A stretch of DNA of 64,000 nucleotides from NCBI GenBank assembly GCA_002189035.1, contig NEEC01000016.1, forward strand, positions 992,001-1,056,000. The letters are read 5' to 3'. The notes under the pieces were generated by a model that was not told the origin of the DNA, did not search any database, and saw only the letters and a list, made by a program, of their open reading frames with translations. Positions within the stretch are counted from its first letter, which is position 1. Every line of letters begins with the position of its first letter. The position numbers and the translations under genes were made by a program. Positions 11,522-24,680 of this stretch are shown here, in pieces. This DNA is from Utricularia gibba (taxonomy: Eukaryota; Plantae; Magnoliophyta).

Positions 11522-13764
11522 TTACAAGGCTGGGATTGTGAAGATTAGTCGCTTGTCAACCAGATCAAGAATGCTGCACCATTCTGACATAGAGTTGCTA
11601 TTGCAATCTTCATCTTCTTCTTGCTCTGCTGCTGCTGCTCTTGTGTTCAAATCTATCACCCTGCATTTGCAAACATTTTCTTCTAGGCCCTTTTTGCCTA
11701 ATCTGCAGCAGAAGCTTTCACAGCAGAATATAACAATGGCATCCTTGAAAGGAACATTCTCGCCATTACCAACTCTAAGGAATCCTTCTTTCATTGCTCT
11801 GCTGAAATCCTTCAAGCAACTCAGATCAAGAACATGAATGTCTTCATAGTAAAATACACGGCTCGGATTGTCTCGGACAGCATTCGAGAATATGTCATAA
11901 ACGCTTTGCCTCTTGTTGCTGGAACCGCATCTGTCTTTGAGATAGCTGGGACTGAAGGAAACAAAATTATCTTGAGAACCAAACATTGTCTTCGCTAGCT
12001 CTTTGGCAATGGCTTCTTTGCCTTGAGCGTCTGCACCTAAGAAAAAAAGCCAACTTTCTTCTCTGTTCTCTGCTGCATCTCTTTTGCTGGTTGTAGCTCC
12101 TGATTTACACATAAGAATTGCAGAAACCATATCAGGGATGATGTCTTTCTGCCTTGGAGGAGCCATCTTCATCAGCGTTTTGCATACATTGTTGGCGTTT
12201 TCTGATTCAAGCTTCATGATTTCATTTGTCTCACTAGATGAAGCGGAGTCAAGACTACAGTTTTGGTATGATCTGAGCTCAGGTACAAGTTTAGATTTGC
12301 TCTGGCCATTCGATGAAACTGAAGAGCTAAAAGGTGATGATGAATTCAGTTCATTGCAGTTGAATTCCTGAAACACCGGGTTGTAACATCAGAATTTGTA
12401 GGAGACTGAAACCCTGATAGTCTCATACCTGTGAAACATCATAAATCTGTTTCATGTTCTCATCCTTGTAGTTCTGCAGCCATGCAGGCAAGCTGGAGCT
12501 TGGTGCAGATGGAATGAACTCATGCATAACCAATTGGTGCTGAGGTTCATTTTGTATGTTCATTGAAAGCCATTCAGAATCATGTGCTGCTCTCACTTCT
12601 TTCACTGAATCAGACATGCCACTAGAAATAGAGACATGAGTCACATAAGACAGGAGCTGAAATGAAAAATTTACAGAAAAAAAGTTACCTTCCAAGTCCC
12701 AGACCAAGAGCCAAGCTGGTAACAGGCTGAAGGCTCCAAACAGTCTCCAAAGATGGCTTCCCTGATCTACATTTCTTGTAAGTGTGAGGAGTAGCAATTC
12801 CCAGCAATCTGAGCTTTTTGTTGTCAACTTCCTCGTTTAACAGTCTGCTGATCTCCATAACCATGTAATCCTCACAGTAGAAAAAATCCTTTGCTTCTCT
12901 GGAAGACAACTCGAAAATCCATTCCAGATTCCCCACATACAGGACTACTTCTCTGCTGATATGGGATTTCACAAGGGCCCTCAGTTCTCTGATATGTACT
13001 TCCAACTCATTTCTAGATGCACTCTTGAGTCTAGAGAGTGGGAAGCTTATTACCTGCATATACTTCTCCAGCTTTTCTATTGCTCCCTTCACCAAACTCT
13101 CTGCTGTGGCAATGTTTTCACATACAACTACACTGTTGCTTGATTTGTTGCACATCATGGTCTCCATAACATCGATCACTACATCATTGTGAAATGGTGC
13201 TGGCAGAGTGACTTTTGCAGGAACAGTTTTCTTGGATCCGAATTTCTCTGAAGACAAGGCGTTCTCCACATTTTTTTTGACCTGGGGACTGGAAAATCCA
13301 GCTTCCCTCATCACCCTGCTAACGCTCGGATCATCCAAAATGGAGATAACCAGCTGCTCAACCTCAACCTTCACTGCTAACAGCACATGCTGCTGCTGCT
13401 GCTGATTTTCAATGGATCCACGGCGCTGGTGTGCTTGAGCACGCTTGAAAACGGCCACAAGCGCATTCGAAAGACAGGGAATACGAGGGTGCAGCTCAAG
13501 GAAAGGACTAGAAACAGAGGAAGGCAGCCGGTTGAGAGCAACATTGAAGCAAAGATCAAGAGCATCACATTGCAAAGGATGGGAGGTTGATCGGCCACAA
13601 GCCCTCCTCAACAACCCAACCGAAGAATAAAGCAGAACACTCGCTACATGAAGAGGAGTAACTTGGGAGTGACCCCTTCTTTTAGCCAGAGCCACTGCTT
13701 GTTTAACAGCTCCAGCCGCTTCAGAACTGAGAGAATGATGAAGAGTGTAGCCTGCAGTTCTCAT
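11522..13764 (-). CDS. SMXL3: SMAX1-LIKE 3 (ClpB-related), 704 aa
   Basis: Starts MRTAGYTLHHSLSSEAAGAVKQAVALAKRRGHSQVTPLHVA; SHPLQCDALDLCFNVALNRLP; LPAWLQ; WLFFLGADAQGKEAIAKELAK. Exons 13764-12689, 12621-12429 and 12367-11522 total 2115 nt, in frame. Confidence 0.92.
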
Positions 13765-15132
13765 TTGCAACAAGATGTTCTTCCAGTCAACACACCCAGG
13801 AATGCTTGTCTCCCCCCTCCTCTGGTTTAATAACAAGTTTGATGCCTTTCTTGCTGCTGATAGTTTTCAAAAGAAACTAAAAAGAAAATCTTGAATGGGG
13901 AAAAGTGGGAGAGCATGTGAAGCAAAGGTGTGTTGTTTGTCAGTCTTTTGCAACTAAAGGGATCAAGATTGATTTTTGAATGCCTCCCTTTTGTGGAAAG
14001 CAACAAAACCTGGGGAGCTTATGATTAGTGCGGATTGGCTGATGCTACTTTTCATGAGTAAACACATGTACTTTAGGACAGCATAATCAACATGCAATTA
14101 ACTGAAAGCCAGTGATTAGGGAACTTGATCACACTCTTTTTTGTTTCCATTTTTAAAAATAAATTAATATGGAAAAATGAAGAAAACTAAAAAGGTCACT
14201 AGATCGCATTCATTCCCATTGTTTTCAAAATTGACGCGATTAGTCTTCCATGATTATTTTAAATACTATTTATAATTAATTTTTAATGTTTTTAAAAATC
14301 AGATATAGTGAATTTCTATATTTTTATAATTTGATAAAATTAGGGTTATCAATTATGTCATTTATATAAAAAGTTGAAATTATTTTTGTTCCATTTTCAA
14401 ACAGCAATGATCAATTATAAATTGTTTTGAAACGATAATTAAAACAATATTTATGGAGACCAATTATGCTATTTAGGTGAACATTAGTAATTATTCACTT
14501 AATTTTCCCAAACTCAAAATCCATCATTTTTTTTATTTTTACAATAAATGATCCATTTGTAGCTTATATTTACTAATTTACCCCTCCCATCCCGCTATAA
14601 GTAGACATTTAAAGGATGTCCATATTTAGCAATAATACGGAAGTTGATAGACGATATCCGGTCAGGTCTAGGGCATCTCCTGCCGGCTCCGGTGCGACTG
14701 ATTCTCATTTCTCTGTGAGTTTCTTGTTTTATTAATTTTGGGGATCAATTTTTTTGGAATTCGATCTGCTGGCGTAGTTTGGGATAGGTTTTTGTTGATT
14801 ATGATTTCTCGACTTCTATGGAGTTTCGAACGTATTGCTTGTTTTTGTTTCTCATGGTGGAGATGTAAGCGTGTGGTAAATAAGCTATGTAGGTTCTGTT
14901 TAAAGATTATGTTTTCTTAATTGCACATAATCTGCTATAAGATGCTGAGACAAATATGTTTATTTTCTGGTTTTGGTGTCAATTTTTAGTAGCTGGAAAA
15001 TTTTGGGCCATTGGTGGATGTTTTCCTCTTCTGTTTGCGTGTTTGTGTCATTTATATATGAATTGAAAGCGCGTTTTGCGCTGTCTTGGTGTAACGGTAT
15101 GGTGATATGGTTGGTTGTGTCTGCAGCTTACA

Positions 15133-16446
15133 ATGGCGGACAATCCTGCAGATGATAAGAATATTAAAATTTGGAAGATAAAGAAGTTAATAAAGGGTTT
15201 GGAGTCTGCAAGAGGAAATGGTACGAGCATGATTTCACTCATCATTCCACCTGGTGATCAAATTGCTCGCGTTACTAAGATGCTCGCAGAAGAATATGGA
15301 ACTGCTTCCAATATCAAAAGCAGGGTGAATCGTCAGTCAGTGCTTGGTGCAATTACTTCTGCTCAGCAGAGGCTTAAGCTGTATAACAAGCTTCCACTTA
15401 ATGGACTCGTGCTTTACACTGGAACTGTAGTGACTGATGATGGTAAAGAAAGGAAGGTGACGATCGACTTTGAACCCTTCAAGCCTATAAGTGGTTCGCT
15501 GTATCTTTGTGACAACAAGTTTCACACTGAGCCTTTGAGTCAGCTCTTAGAATCTGATGAGAAGTTTGGCTTTATAATCATGGATGGAAATGGTACCCTT
15601 TTTGGAACCTTAAGTGGCAACACTAGAGAAGTTCTTCATAAGTTCACTGTTGATCTCCCCAAGAAACATGGTAGAGGTGGACAGTCAGCACTTCGGTTTG
15701 CTCGTCTTCGAATGGAGAAGCGGCACAACTATGTGAGGAAGACAGCCGAGCTTGCAACCCAATTTTTCATAAATCCAGCTACTAGTCAGCCTAATATATC
15801 AGGGCTGATACTTGCTGGATCAGCTGATTTCAAGACAGAACTGAGTCAATCAGATATGTTTGATCCACGCTTGCAGGCCAAGATCCTAAACGTTGTAGAC
15901 GTGTCTTATGGTGGGGAAAATGGTTTCAACCAGGCAATAGAATTATCTGCAGAAATTCTATCCAATGTGAAGTTCATCCAAGAGAAGCGCCTGATAGGAA
16001 AGTTTTTTGAAGAAATCAGTCAGGACACGGGGAAGTACATTTTTAGCGTGGAGGATACATTAAAAGCTCTGGAGATGGGAGCTGTGGAGACCCTGATTGT
16101 GTGGGAAAACTTAGACATCAACCGTTATACTCTCAAAAACAGTGTCACTGGTGAGATTGTGATCAAGAACTTGAACAAGGATCAAGAGACTGACTCAAGC
16201 AACTTCAAGGATCCTGCATCTGGCGCAGAACTTGAAGTCCAGGAAACAATGTCATTACTGGAGTGGTTCGCCACGGAATACAAAAACTTCGGGTGCTCTC
16301 TAGAGTTCGTCACCAATCGGTCTCAAGAAGGTTCGCAGTTCTGCCGTGGTTTTGGTGGCATTGGTGGGATCCTTCGCTACCAGGTCGACATCCGCTCCTT
16401 CGACGAACCGTCGGATGAAGGAGAGCTCTTTGAGGATTCAGATTAA
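15133..16446 (+). CDS. ERF1-1: Eukaryotic release factor 1 (eRF1-1-like), intronless CDS, 437 aa; probable 5'UTR intron 14715-15126
   Basis: NIKS, YLCDNKF and GGQ motifs. SQSDMF, KRLIGK and GGILRY match my recollection of Arabidopsis eRF1-1 better than eRF1-2/3. Confidence 0.95.
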   Translation: MADNPADDKNIKIWKIKKLIKGLESARGNGTSMISLIIPPGDQIARVTKMLAEEYGTASNIKSRVNRQSVLGAITSAQQRLKLYNKLPLNGLVLYTGTVVTDDGKERKVTIDFEPFKPISGSLYLCDNKFHTEPLSQLLESDEKFGFIIMDGNGTLFGTLSGNTREVLHKFTVDLPKKHGRGGQSALRFARLRMEKRHNYVRKTAELATQFFINPATSQPNISGLILAGSADFKTELSQSDMFDPRLQAKILNVVDVSYGGENGFNQAIELSAEILSNVKFIQEKRLIGKFFEEISQDTGKYIFSVEDTLKALEMGAVETLIVWENLDINRYTLKNSVTGEIVIKNLNKDQETDSSNFKDPASGAELEVQETMSLLEWFATEYKNFGCSLEFVTNRSQEGSQFCRGFGGIGGILRYQVDIRSFDEPSDEGELFEDSD

Positions 16447-17386
16447 GTGAAGCCACTCTCCCGACGACTGCAAACCCAATGCGGCGGCGCGTCCAGCTGC
16501 AGCATTCCCCTGTGCTTAATATCTCCACCAATACACTGCTGTGCTTGCTTTTTATCGCATACCTTGAACCTGCTGAGAGTTTTGCCGACCTTGATGCGGT
16601 CATGCTGCTGCAAGATCACAAATCAGGGACTCGGAGATGCCTCAGACGCCCGGGCGGGCCGCTCTTCTGGTGGTGAATTTGCTTGTTTGGTGTGGTCACA
16701 GTATCATACTATTTATTTTTAAGTTTAATATCATGAATTCAATTTAAGATTTTAATAAACTTAATTTAAACTCATAAGTTTTTGAACGGATGCATTACGA
16801 AATTAGTCACTATCTTTTGAGAATGTAATAAAAATATCTATTCTATGTGTAAAATTTTAATTTTAGTTTGTAAAAGAAAAGAACCTGATGACCATTTTTT
16901 TAAACGATTTTTTTAAACTGAATTTCATAATTTTTATAAAAAATTTAAAATCTTAGGTAACAATCATTCACAAATTTGGTCAATTTTCCCTTATTTTTCA
17001 TATATTAAACCAAAAAAAAATTCATACTAAAATGATCAATTTTTTTTATGAACATATCATCAGATAATCAGATTTAAAAATACACCTCCAAGCAACACCA
17101 TACCTCATAAGTAATTCACTCATACTCTTCTTTTTGGCTACTAATAAATATCCAGCCATGCTGCGTTGGATCTCCACTACAAAAAGAAACAAAAACAAAA
17201 ACAAAACGTGAGGTTACTATTAAGTGACTTTAGACAGGAAAGGATGGATTTGGCATCCCATCCATTTCAGAAGCCACTCACCGTGGCGAGGGACAGAAGA
17301 GATGCAGAACAGCAAGTTAGTTTACGTGATGGGGTCTCCTCATTCCAACCTTTAGTTGATGTGCCGGGGGCCCTGACATGTGGAAT

Positions 17387-20221
17387 CTACAAGGGGTGGC
17401 CTACAAATCTATGGGGACAGGGCTCTGTACCTTCTTCCTCATTGGGGGTCTGATGACGGAGGCGGCCGTCGGCCTCCGCATCGAAGGTTGAGTGGACGCT
17501 GTAGGTGACGTACACAAACATGGAGGCTACTGAGAAGAACACGAACCTGAGGTAGGATGGTCCGTCCAGTGAGCCCAGGAGGAACATGTTGAGGAAGATG
17601 GATATGAAGGGGAGCCATGGCATCAGAGGGACGCCCCAGTGCTCGGGTTTCCGAGCTTGTGGGACGGTGGCACGGAAGAGCTGGACAATGGCTATTGCAA
17701 CCACTGAGGAGGTTATGAGCATGTAGAGTTTGGGGAGTCCGGATGGGGCGAAGTGCCAGAGGAGGATGAATGTGATGGAAATGGAGGAGAAGCTGATCAA
17801 GAACCAGAGTGTAGGCCATGGGTTTGTGGTTCCTATCACCACATACCGCCTGAAGATCACTGCATTCGCCACCATGTAGAAAACGAATAGGGTGCCGATT
17901 GTCACGAGGTTTAGAAGGATGCTTAGGTCCGTGAACAGTGCAATTGTCATGGTGCAAACCCCTGCAACAAAAAACAAGAGAGGTTAGTGATGGCGATGAC
18001 CAGATGGCTCATCGATGCTAAAATGAAAACTTTACAGCGCAGCCTCCTTCCACTCAATTCTAGGATCCATCCACAATGAGCGTGGTCTACGCTTTAGTAG
18101 ACCATTACAAGATCCTCCACTCAACATGTTTAATTTGCATAATCAAATCACTCAACTTCAGCAAACACATTCACAAAGAAGCTGTGGAACATTCAAAAAG
18201 ACGAAGACCATGGTTAGACTAATCCAATAAATACATCTAACCTTCCCATTACTATTCCGAGTTCAAACTTTTGTCTTCCTCATAAGAGTGGAGCATGTTA
18301 TGAAAGAAGCAGGTGGGCGGGCAGGACTCTTCCCAGATAAAGCCAATGGTGTTACTAACAAGCATCCAACTACACGCCCTACCTTTTAAACCTTGTCTAA
18401 TTAGAGTGGAACGTTGACTAAAGATACTATTTTGTCACCAATACCCAAATGTTACAGTCGCTGTACCACTAGTTTCAGCAACAATTGTCTTTTGCTTGGG
18501 TTCAAATATCCATCACGTGAACCCAAAATCATTCTACAGAAAGCATATCCAAAACGACATCTGGATAGAGAGCGGTACCAATCCCACGCAGGTAAAGGGA
18601 GTGGGATCAACAAAACACAAAAAGCTGAGTGAAAGAAGGCAAAAAAAAAAGTAAAAGAGATGCAAAAAAGAAATTGGCATACCGAGAAAAACAGTGGCAT
18701 TGATGGGGGTTGAAGTAGACCGGTTGACCCTGGCGAACCACGGCGGGACCACACACGATCTTCCGATCACACACATGTAACGGGATTGGCCCACCATCGA
18801 TACCAGCAACGAGGTCAGTATACCAAAACTTGCTCCGATTCCGATTACCTTTGAAACCCATCTCCACGCCGCAGAACCTTGATCGAACGTGCCGGAGAAT
18901 GGAGCTTCTGGATCAATCTGCAATTCAAAATTTCACCTATTGAAACAAAAGTCCAAAAGAATGGGGTTTCGATGGAGATACCACGTCCCTTTCTGCTTTG
19001 ATTAAATGTAGTTTTCACCTTCAACTTTCCAGATTCGTAAAATTTACCAAAGTACTTGAATTCATGAACGCATGTAGTGGAATGCCATTTCCCGCATTTA
19101 TGTAATGGAAGAAAAGTAAACAAAAGGAATTTGGAAATGCTAACGTACCTTGTCGTATGGAAGGAGCGCAGACATGGATGCTGCCATGAGGCAATAAAGA
19201 ACAGTGACTACAATAACCGAACCAGACACTCCGATCGGAATATCCCTCACCGGATTTTTCACCTCCTCCGCCATTGTCGACACGGCGTCGTAGCCGATAA
19301 AGCTCAGGTACACCATCGCCGCCCCATTCAAAACTCCGGAAATCCCGAACGGTAAGAAACCCCCAGTCTGATTTGGATCCCCCGGTTTCACAAAATTTTT
19401 CATATCCCCTCTCCAGAATCCCATCACAACAATGAATGCTATCAGAAGAACGTGAACCGCTGTCAACGTCATATTTAGCCATGAACTCTCCCTCACACTG
19501 CAGCACACCAAAAAGCAAGTTGTAAAGCAATTTGGGGCTCTATTCCAAATATGGAGAATTTAGCTTCATTCCAAACGATGAAGGATTTAATGCAGCAATT
19601 AAAATTTTGGAACCTGTAGCAAATGACGAGGGTTAGGAGGAAAACGACGGCGACGGCGACTGGGTCTAGCTCGTTGTATCCACTTGGCAAACAAGGCGCG
19701 GTGAATCTCAGATGCACGTCGCTGGACAGTCCTAAAGCAGTTCCCAAGTAGGAAGTGAACCCCCGCGCCACCGCGGCATTCGAGAGAACGTAATCAACGA
19801 TCAGATTCGACGCGGTTACAAACGCCAGAAACTCTCCAAAAGTAACGCGGATGTAGCTGAACGCTCCGCCGGAGACCGGCATATCGACGGCGAACTCCGT
19901 GTAGCAGAAGGCCGAGAGTAGAGCGCAGATTCCGGCAATGGCGTAGGATAGAACGACGGCAGGTCCAGCGAATAGACGGCTCGCTCTACCTGCAGTAACG
20001 AAGACTCCGGCACCGACCATTCCTCCGATTCCGAATCCGATGAGATCGTACCAACGGAGAGTCCGTTTCATCTCCGAGCCGGATAGCGCACGCAGGCGGC
20101 TGGTTTCTTCGAAGGAGCTTGAAACGGCGCAAGCGCGGCTGCGTAGGCGACTAGGGGTTTCGCAGAGCGCCCGGAGATAGGCGGCGGCGGAGGAGAACGA
20201 AGAAGAACGACGGTCTTCCAT
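17387..20221 (-). CDS. Cationic amino acid transporter, CAT6/CAT7-like, 4 exons
   Basis: MKRTLRWYDLIGFGIGGMVGAGVFV, FIGYDAVSTMAEEVKNPVRDIPIG, WGVPLMPWLP. Exons 20221-19614, 19497-19149, 18917-18683, 17961-17387. Confidence 0.92.
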
Positions 20222-20680
20222 TTCACGTGTTTACTCAGAGTCAGCAACGTGCTCTGGGCGTGATCGAAGTACCGTATATTTGCGATCACGTTTCAGGGGG
20301 TGTTTTTATTCGAATTTTCATTATATTATTATATAATAAAACAATATTCCGGATATTAATTTTTTAAAAGCAAAAAATTCAAGAAATGGCAGAAACCAAA
20401 CAAGACTGTCTCTTTGCCGGCCGAGAATCTTGGCTTAAAAGACAAGAAACTCCCAACAGCTCCTCCCTCAAAATAGTGAAGATTTGTCATTTTTAATATG
20501 CACAAAAAGAAAAGACAAAAAACTAGGCATCAAGTTGGACTCAAGTTTTGAAAAATAAAGATCCATGAATTCATCTCTCAAGTAAAATAATGATCATTTT
20601 TCATCCTATGAGAGTTGAGGATTGGATTACCATTGCAGCATTCTATCAGAACATCTGGTGGGAACCGGAGGTTTGGTTCA

Positions 20681-22006
20681 TCAGAATCTGATAGCAGTGG
20701 TCCATGTCCCCTGAACACTGGGGTTTTTTGTAACATGTCTTGTTCTGAGCTTGACGACTTTTCTTCCCTGGGAGTTCCTTAACCTTATGGCGCATTCCAG
20801 GACTTCCTCTGGGGTCATGTTCCTCACGCAAACCACACGCTCATTCTTGTTTTCTGAAGGGCCAAAAAATAGCAAATGTAGTGATGAATGAGGAAAATAA
20901 AGCACTATTTTCTGATCTGTAACGACACAGCACAATGCTAGCGATGTGGGGCACGTGAGATGATGGCCCTAGTGTGGAAAATCGAGGGAAATAGTGCAGG
21001 TAAGCGTGGGGGAGTGCAAGGATGTTCTCAGTGTGTGGAAGCTGATTCTCAAAAGGATTTCCAGAAAATAAGAGAGCATGGTAGATAAGTACAGATAAAA
21101 GAGAGGAGAAGGAGATCTCACGGTATAATCCTTTCAGAAAGGGGTGGTAGCCACGGTTTAGCTCAGGAACTACCTCGAGCTGGGGGTTCTTCTTGATGAA
21201 TTCCGGCATGTGAGACTCCATGAATCCTCTAACAAAGCACATCAATTATTAGTTCGACAGAAACATAATATCATCCTCTTTTGTATGCCATTGATCATCT
21301 CAAGTATGAAGCCGCAGACAATAATAGCATTGGAAAAAAATAGCTTGACCATAACTTGAAAGTTAAACATGCAAAACATTCGATATTTACGTTACTCATT
21401 TATCTGAAAAAAAACTAAGTTTTCCTGACGACAAGTTGGCCTTTTCATTCATGATTAAACTCGATAAGGAAAGACCAGACATGCAACAGTACATGAAACC
21501 ACAGCAGGTGAAAACTCTTGTTCAGAAACCTGAGCTACAACCCATCAAATCTAGCTATCAAAACCTAATGACACAGTCAAAGGGTTTTGTTATAGGATTT
21601 TCCACTGCATATTCAAATTTTATTAAGCATACTCTTTCCATCGTTTGAAAAAAAAAGCAGATGTTGCTTTTGGATACCAGTATACGCAGCGAAATGCACA
21701 CAACCGATTGCAAAACATGTGAAGGAAAAATCCCACGTGTTGGTGTACAAAATTTGTCTAGCATTCCTATGGTTTCATCAAAGCCCCATTTTTTTGAATA
21801 CCAAACGAGAGCCTAAACTCGATTCTTCTGTTTAACAGCGAATCAACATTTGGAAATGCAGAAACATTCACGAAACCAAAAAAATAAACCAATATTGACA
21901 AGAAATGTCAATAAGCGTTGAATCACCTGATGCCTCTGCTACTACCTCCCCAGTTGCAGAAGCTAACGATAAGCTTCTTCAGTTGCCAAACGCCTTTCAG
22001 TGACAT
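20681..22006 (-). CDS. MRPL43: Mitochondrial ribosomal protein mL43 (L51/S25/CI-B8 family), 3 exons
   Basis: Exons 22006-21927, 21228-21122 and 20853-20681 give MSLKGVWQLKKLIVSFCNWGGSSRGIRGFMESHMPEF...HPSVQGTWTT-type C-terminus (here KNPSVQGTWTTAIRF). Confidence 0.92.
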
Positions 22007-22345
22007 GCTTTTCGCACCGCTTACCCCTTTTCGCCGCCGGAAAGAAACACGAGTTCCGGCGGCGAAAAATCACTTCCCCGAGATGTAGGAATTCCCATTT
22101 ACCGGAAACCCCCTATACTTTAGTTTAATTGCCAAATAGTCCTCGTAGAAACCGCCTTATTTAATTTTCCATGTGAAAGTATTATAATCACTTAAAAAAC
22201 CATACTTAATTTTTGTTTTACTAAAATTAGTATAAGCTATAACTATCCACATTACACATCTAAAAAATTCTAGAAGATTTCCTCATTTATAATGTAAAAA
22301 AAATATTTTTAAATGATTTTTGAAAATTCACAAGGAACCAAATAT

Positions 22346-24106
22346 TCAGGAAGGAGACTGAGCAGTTTCTGGAGATTCCATTCCGCTGGTGCTTTTGCTC
22401 AAGGGAAATGTTCTGTTCAAACGTCTTAGTGACTGCCTGGAAATCGCATTTCTCTTCTGGAGATGATTCGCAAGCTCCACCGCCTCCGCCGGCCAACCGG
22501 AAAAGCCGACACCTTCAACCACCAGAACATAAGTAGTTTCATTTGGTTGGCATCCCACGTCCTCCATTTCCGCAAGCATTTCGATGGCCTCCTCCAATCT
22601 GTGAGCTTTGCACAGCCCAAGAATCAGTATGTTGTAGGTGACAACAGTAGGCGAAAAACCGGTGCTGTTCATATCAGCCAGCAGCTCCATGGCGCGGTCC
22701 ACCATCCCATCTCTGCATAAGCATGATATGAGTGAGTTGTAAGTGATCTCATCTGGATCGATGCCCCTCTGGATCATCTCTGAAACCAAGCCTAACGCAC
22801 GAGCTCCGTCTCCGATGTTCCACAATGCGCTTATCATCGTGTTGTAAGTGCTGACATCAGGGGAGCATCCGCTCTCTGAGAGCTTCCCCAGTATGACTAA
22901 AGCCTCATCAGCATTGCCATTCTTGCACAGAGCAGATAGGACTGTGTTGTAGTTTACAATGTCGGGTAAACACCCATTGGAGATCATGTGATCCAGAAGT
23001 ACAAAAGCTAAATCTAGTCTCCCCTCTCTGCAGAGACATGAAATCAGAGGATCATAAGTGTATGTATCAGGAGAAAGTCCTTCATCGATCATAACCTTTA
23101 ACAGACTGATGGCTTCTTCGATTCGTCTGTCTCGACATAAAGCACTGATGATGATGCTGAAAGTAACCACATTTGGCTCACAGTTTGTTGAAAACATTTC
23201 AAACATCAGCTTCTCCCCATCTTCCCATTTTCCCTTATTCAAAAATGCCCTCAATAGGATGTTGTAAGATATAACATCAGGCTTGCAACCTACAGCTTTC
23301 AAGCTCTTGATCAACCTAAGGGCATCATTTATGAAACCTTCAGCGCACATTCCCCTGATCATTGTGTTGTAGGTATACATATCAGGTTGCAAACCTCTTG
23401 ATGACATATCATCAAGAAGTTTCACAGCTTCAGAGATACCCCCTTGTCGAATTGTGGCCTCGATTAAGATTGTGTATGTTATCACAGAGGGCGGACATGG
23501 ACCTTTTCTCAACTGATCCAACACTTTCATGGCGGAATTGAGCTTCCCCCTGTTACAAAGACTGCCTATCATGATATTGTATGTCACAACATCAGGTGAA
23601 AATCCTTTAGCTCTCATGCTGTTCAAGACTTCCATTGCTCCATCAATCCTATTGACTTTACAAAAACCACTGATCAGTGCATTGTAAGCAAAGGTGTCAG
23701 GTTCTCCATGTGTCTCTAAAATCTGCAAAACCTTAGCTGCTTTATCAACACTTTTCGAGTTAGAAAAACCCTTGATAAGCTTCGTGCTCAGAATCAAATC
23801 AGCTTTGTATCCCAAATTCACCATGCTTTCGAGAAAATACATACCCTCATCATATTTCCCTGCTTTGCAGGATCTATGGAGCAGTTTCAGAAAATGGGTT
23901 TCTTTAAAATCGTTGTACGATGGTAGACAAATGGATGAACTAGCTTCACCACGAACCTGTAAACTTCGTATAGCTTCAAGATGAAAGTGGGTATTTTTTC
24001 TGCGGCAACTCAAACCATAATCGTGATAAGATTTCTTGAAAATAAGCTCCGGTTGAGCCGAAATCGGGCCTTGGAAGCAGCATTCAGGGTAAGAAGCAAT
24101 ACTCAT
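22346..24106 (-). CDS. P-class pentatricopeptide repeat protein, At3g04760-like, probably organellar
   Basis: Intronless 586-aa ORF of tandem 35-aa repeats (PDVVTYNIMIGSLC, PDMYTYNTMIRGMC) after a transit-peptide-like N-terminus. Confidence 0.93.
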   Translation of the reverse strand: MSIASYPECCFQGPISAQPELIFKKSYHDYGLSCRRKNTHFHLEAIRSLQVRGEASSSICLPSYNDFKETHFLKLLHRSCKAGKYDEGMYFLESMVNLGYKADLILSTKLIKGFSNSKSVDKAAKVLQILETHGEPDTFAYNALISGFCKVNRIDGAMEVLNSMRAKGFSPDVVTYNIMIGSLCNRGKLNSAMKVLDQLRKGPCPPSVITYTILIEATIRQGGISEAVKLLDDMSSRGLQPDMYTYNTMIRGMCAEGFINDALRLIKSLKAVGCKPDVISYNILLRAFLNKGKWEDGEKLMFEMFSTNCEPNVVTFSIIISALCRDRRIEEAISLLKVMIDEGLSPDTYTYDPLISCLCREGRLDLAFVLLDHMISNGCLPDIVNYNTVLSALCKNGNADEALVILGKLSESGCSPDVSTYNTMISALWNIGDGARALGLVSEMIQRGIDPDEITYNSLISCLCRDGMVDRAMELLADMNSTGFSPTVVTYNILILGLCKAHRLEEAIEMLAEMEDVGCQPNETTYVLVVEGVGFSGWPAEAVELANHLQKRNAISRQSLRRLNRTFPLSKSTSGMESPETAQSPS

Positions 24107-24680
24107 TAGTTACCACTGTTTAAAACCAGATGTTTTCTCATGGGCAGAGCAACGTTTAGCTTAAAGGGACGAGAAGTCAAGGAGTGGAAGAAACACAACA
24201 CTTCCTGGAAAGCAGACAAGTGGATTAGAGAAATGAGGTTGCAGGAAAATGGAAGAAAATAGTTGTGGATATCCCTCAGGCCCCAGCCACCACGAACATG
24301 GTTTCATTTTAACTGTGATACAACTGATACATGGTAAAAATGAGAACTTTTTACACCGAGCAAGTTAGGATGAAAGCGAGGTTTGCAGGTTAGAGGTGCT
24401 CCATTGCCAATTGCCCTACTGTTTCTTTGCGCTTATTTTTGTTATATGATCAGAAACGCTTCGCTTCCAAATCCTGGTCATTGAACGACAAATGCTAATC
24501 TGGCAGTGACCCGATTAAAATGCTGACGTTCCAATGGAGTGAACGCCGGCTGCGAAAATTCGTGGGCATTGGGGAGTTGGTGGATTGAAAATCAACTTAT
24601 TTGCGTGACTCCCAGGAAGAAAATCATCGCCATATTTGACTCCCCCACGACCGAATTATCATCGTTTCTCTGCGAAATCC

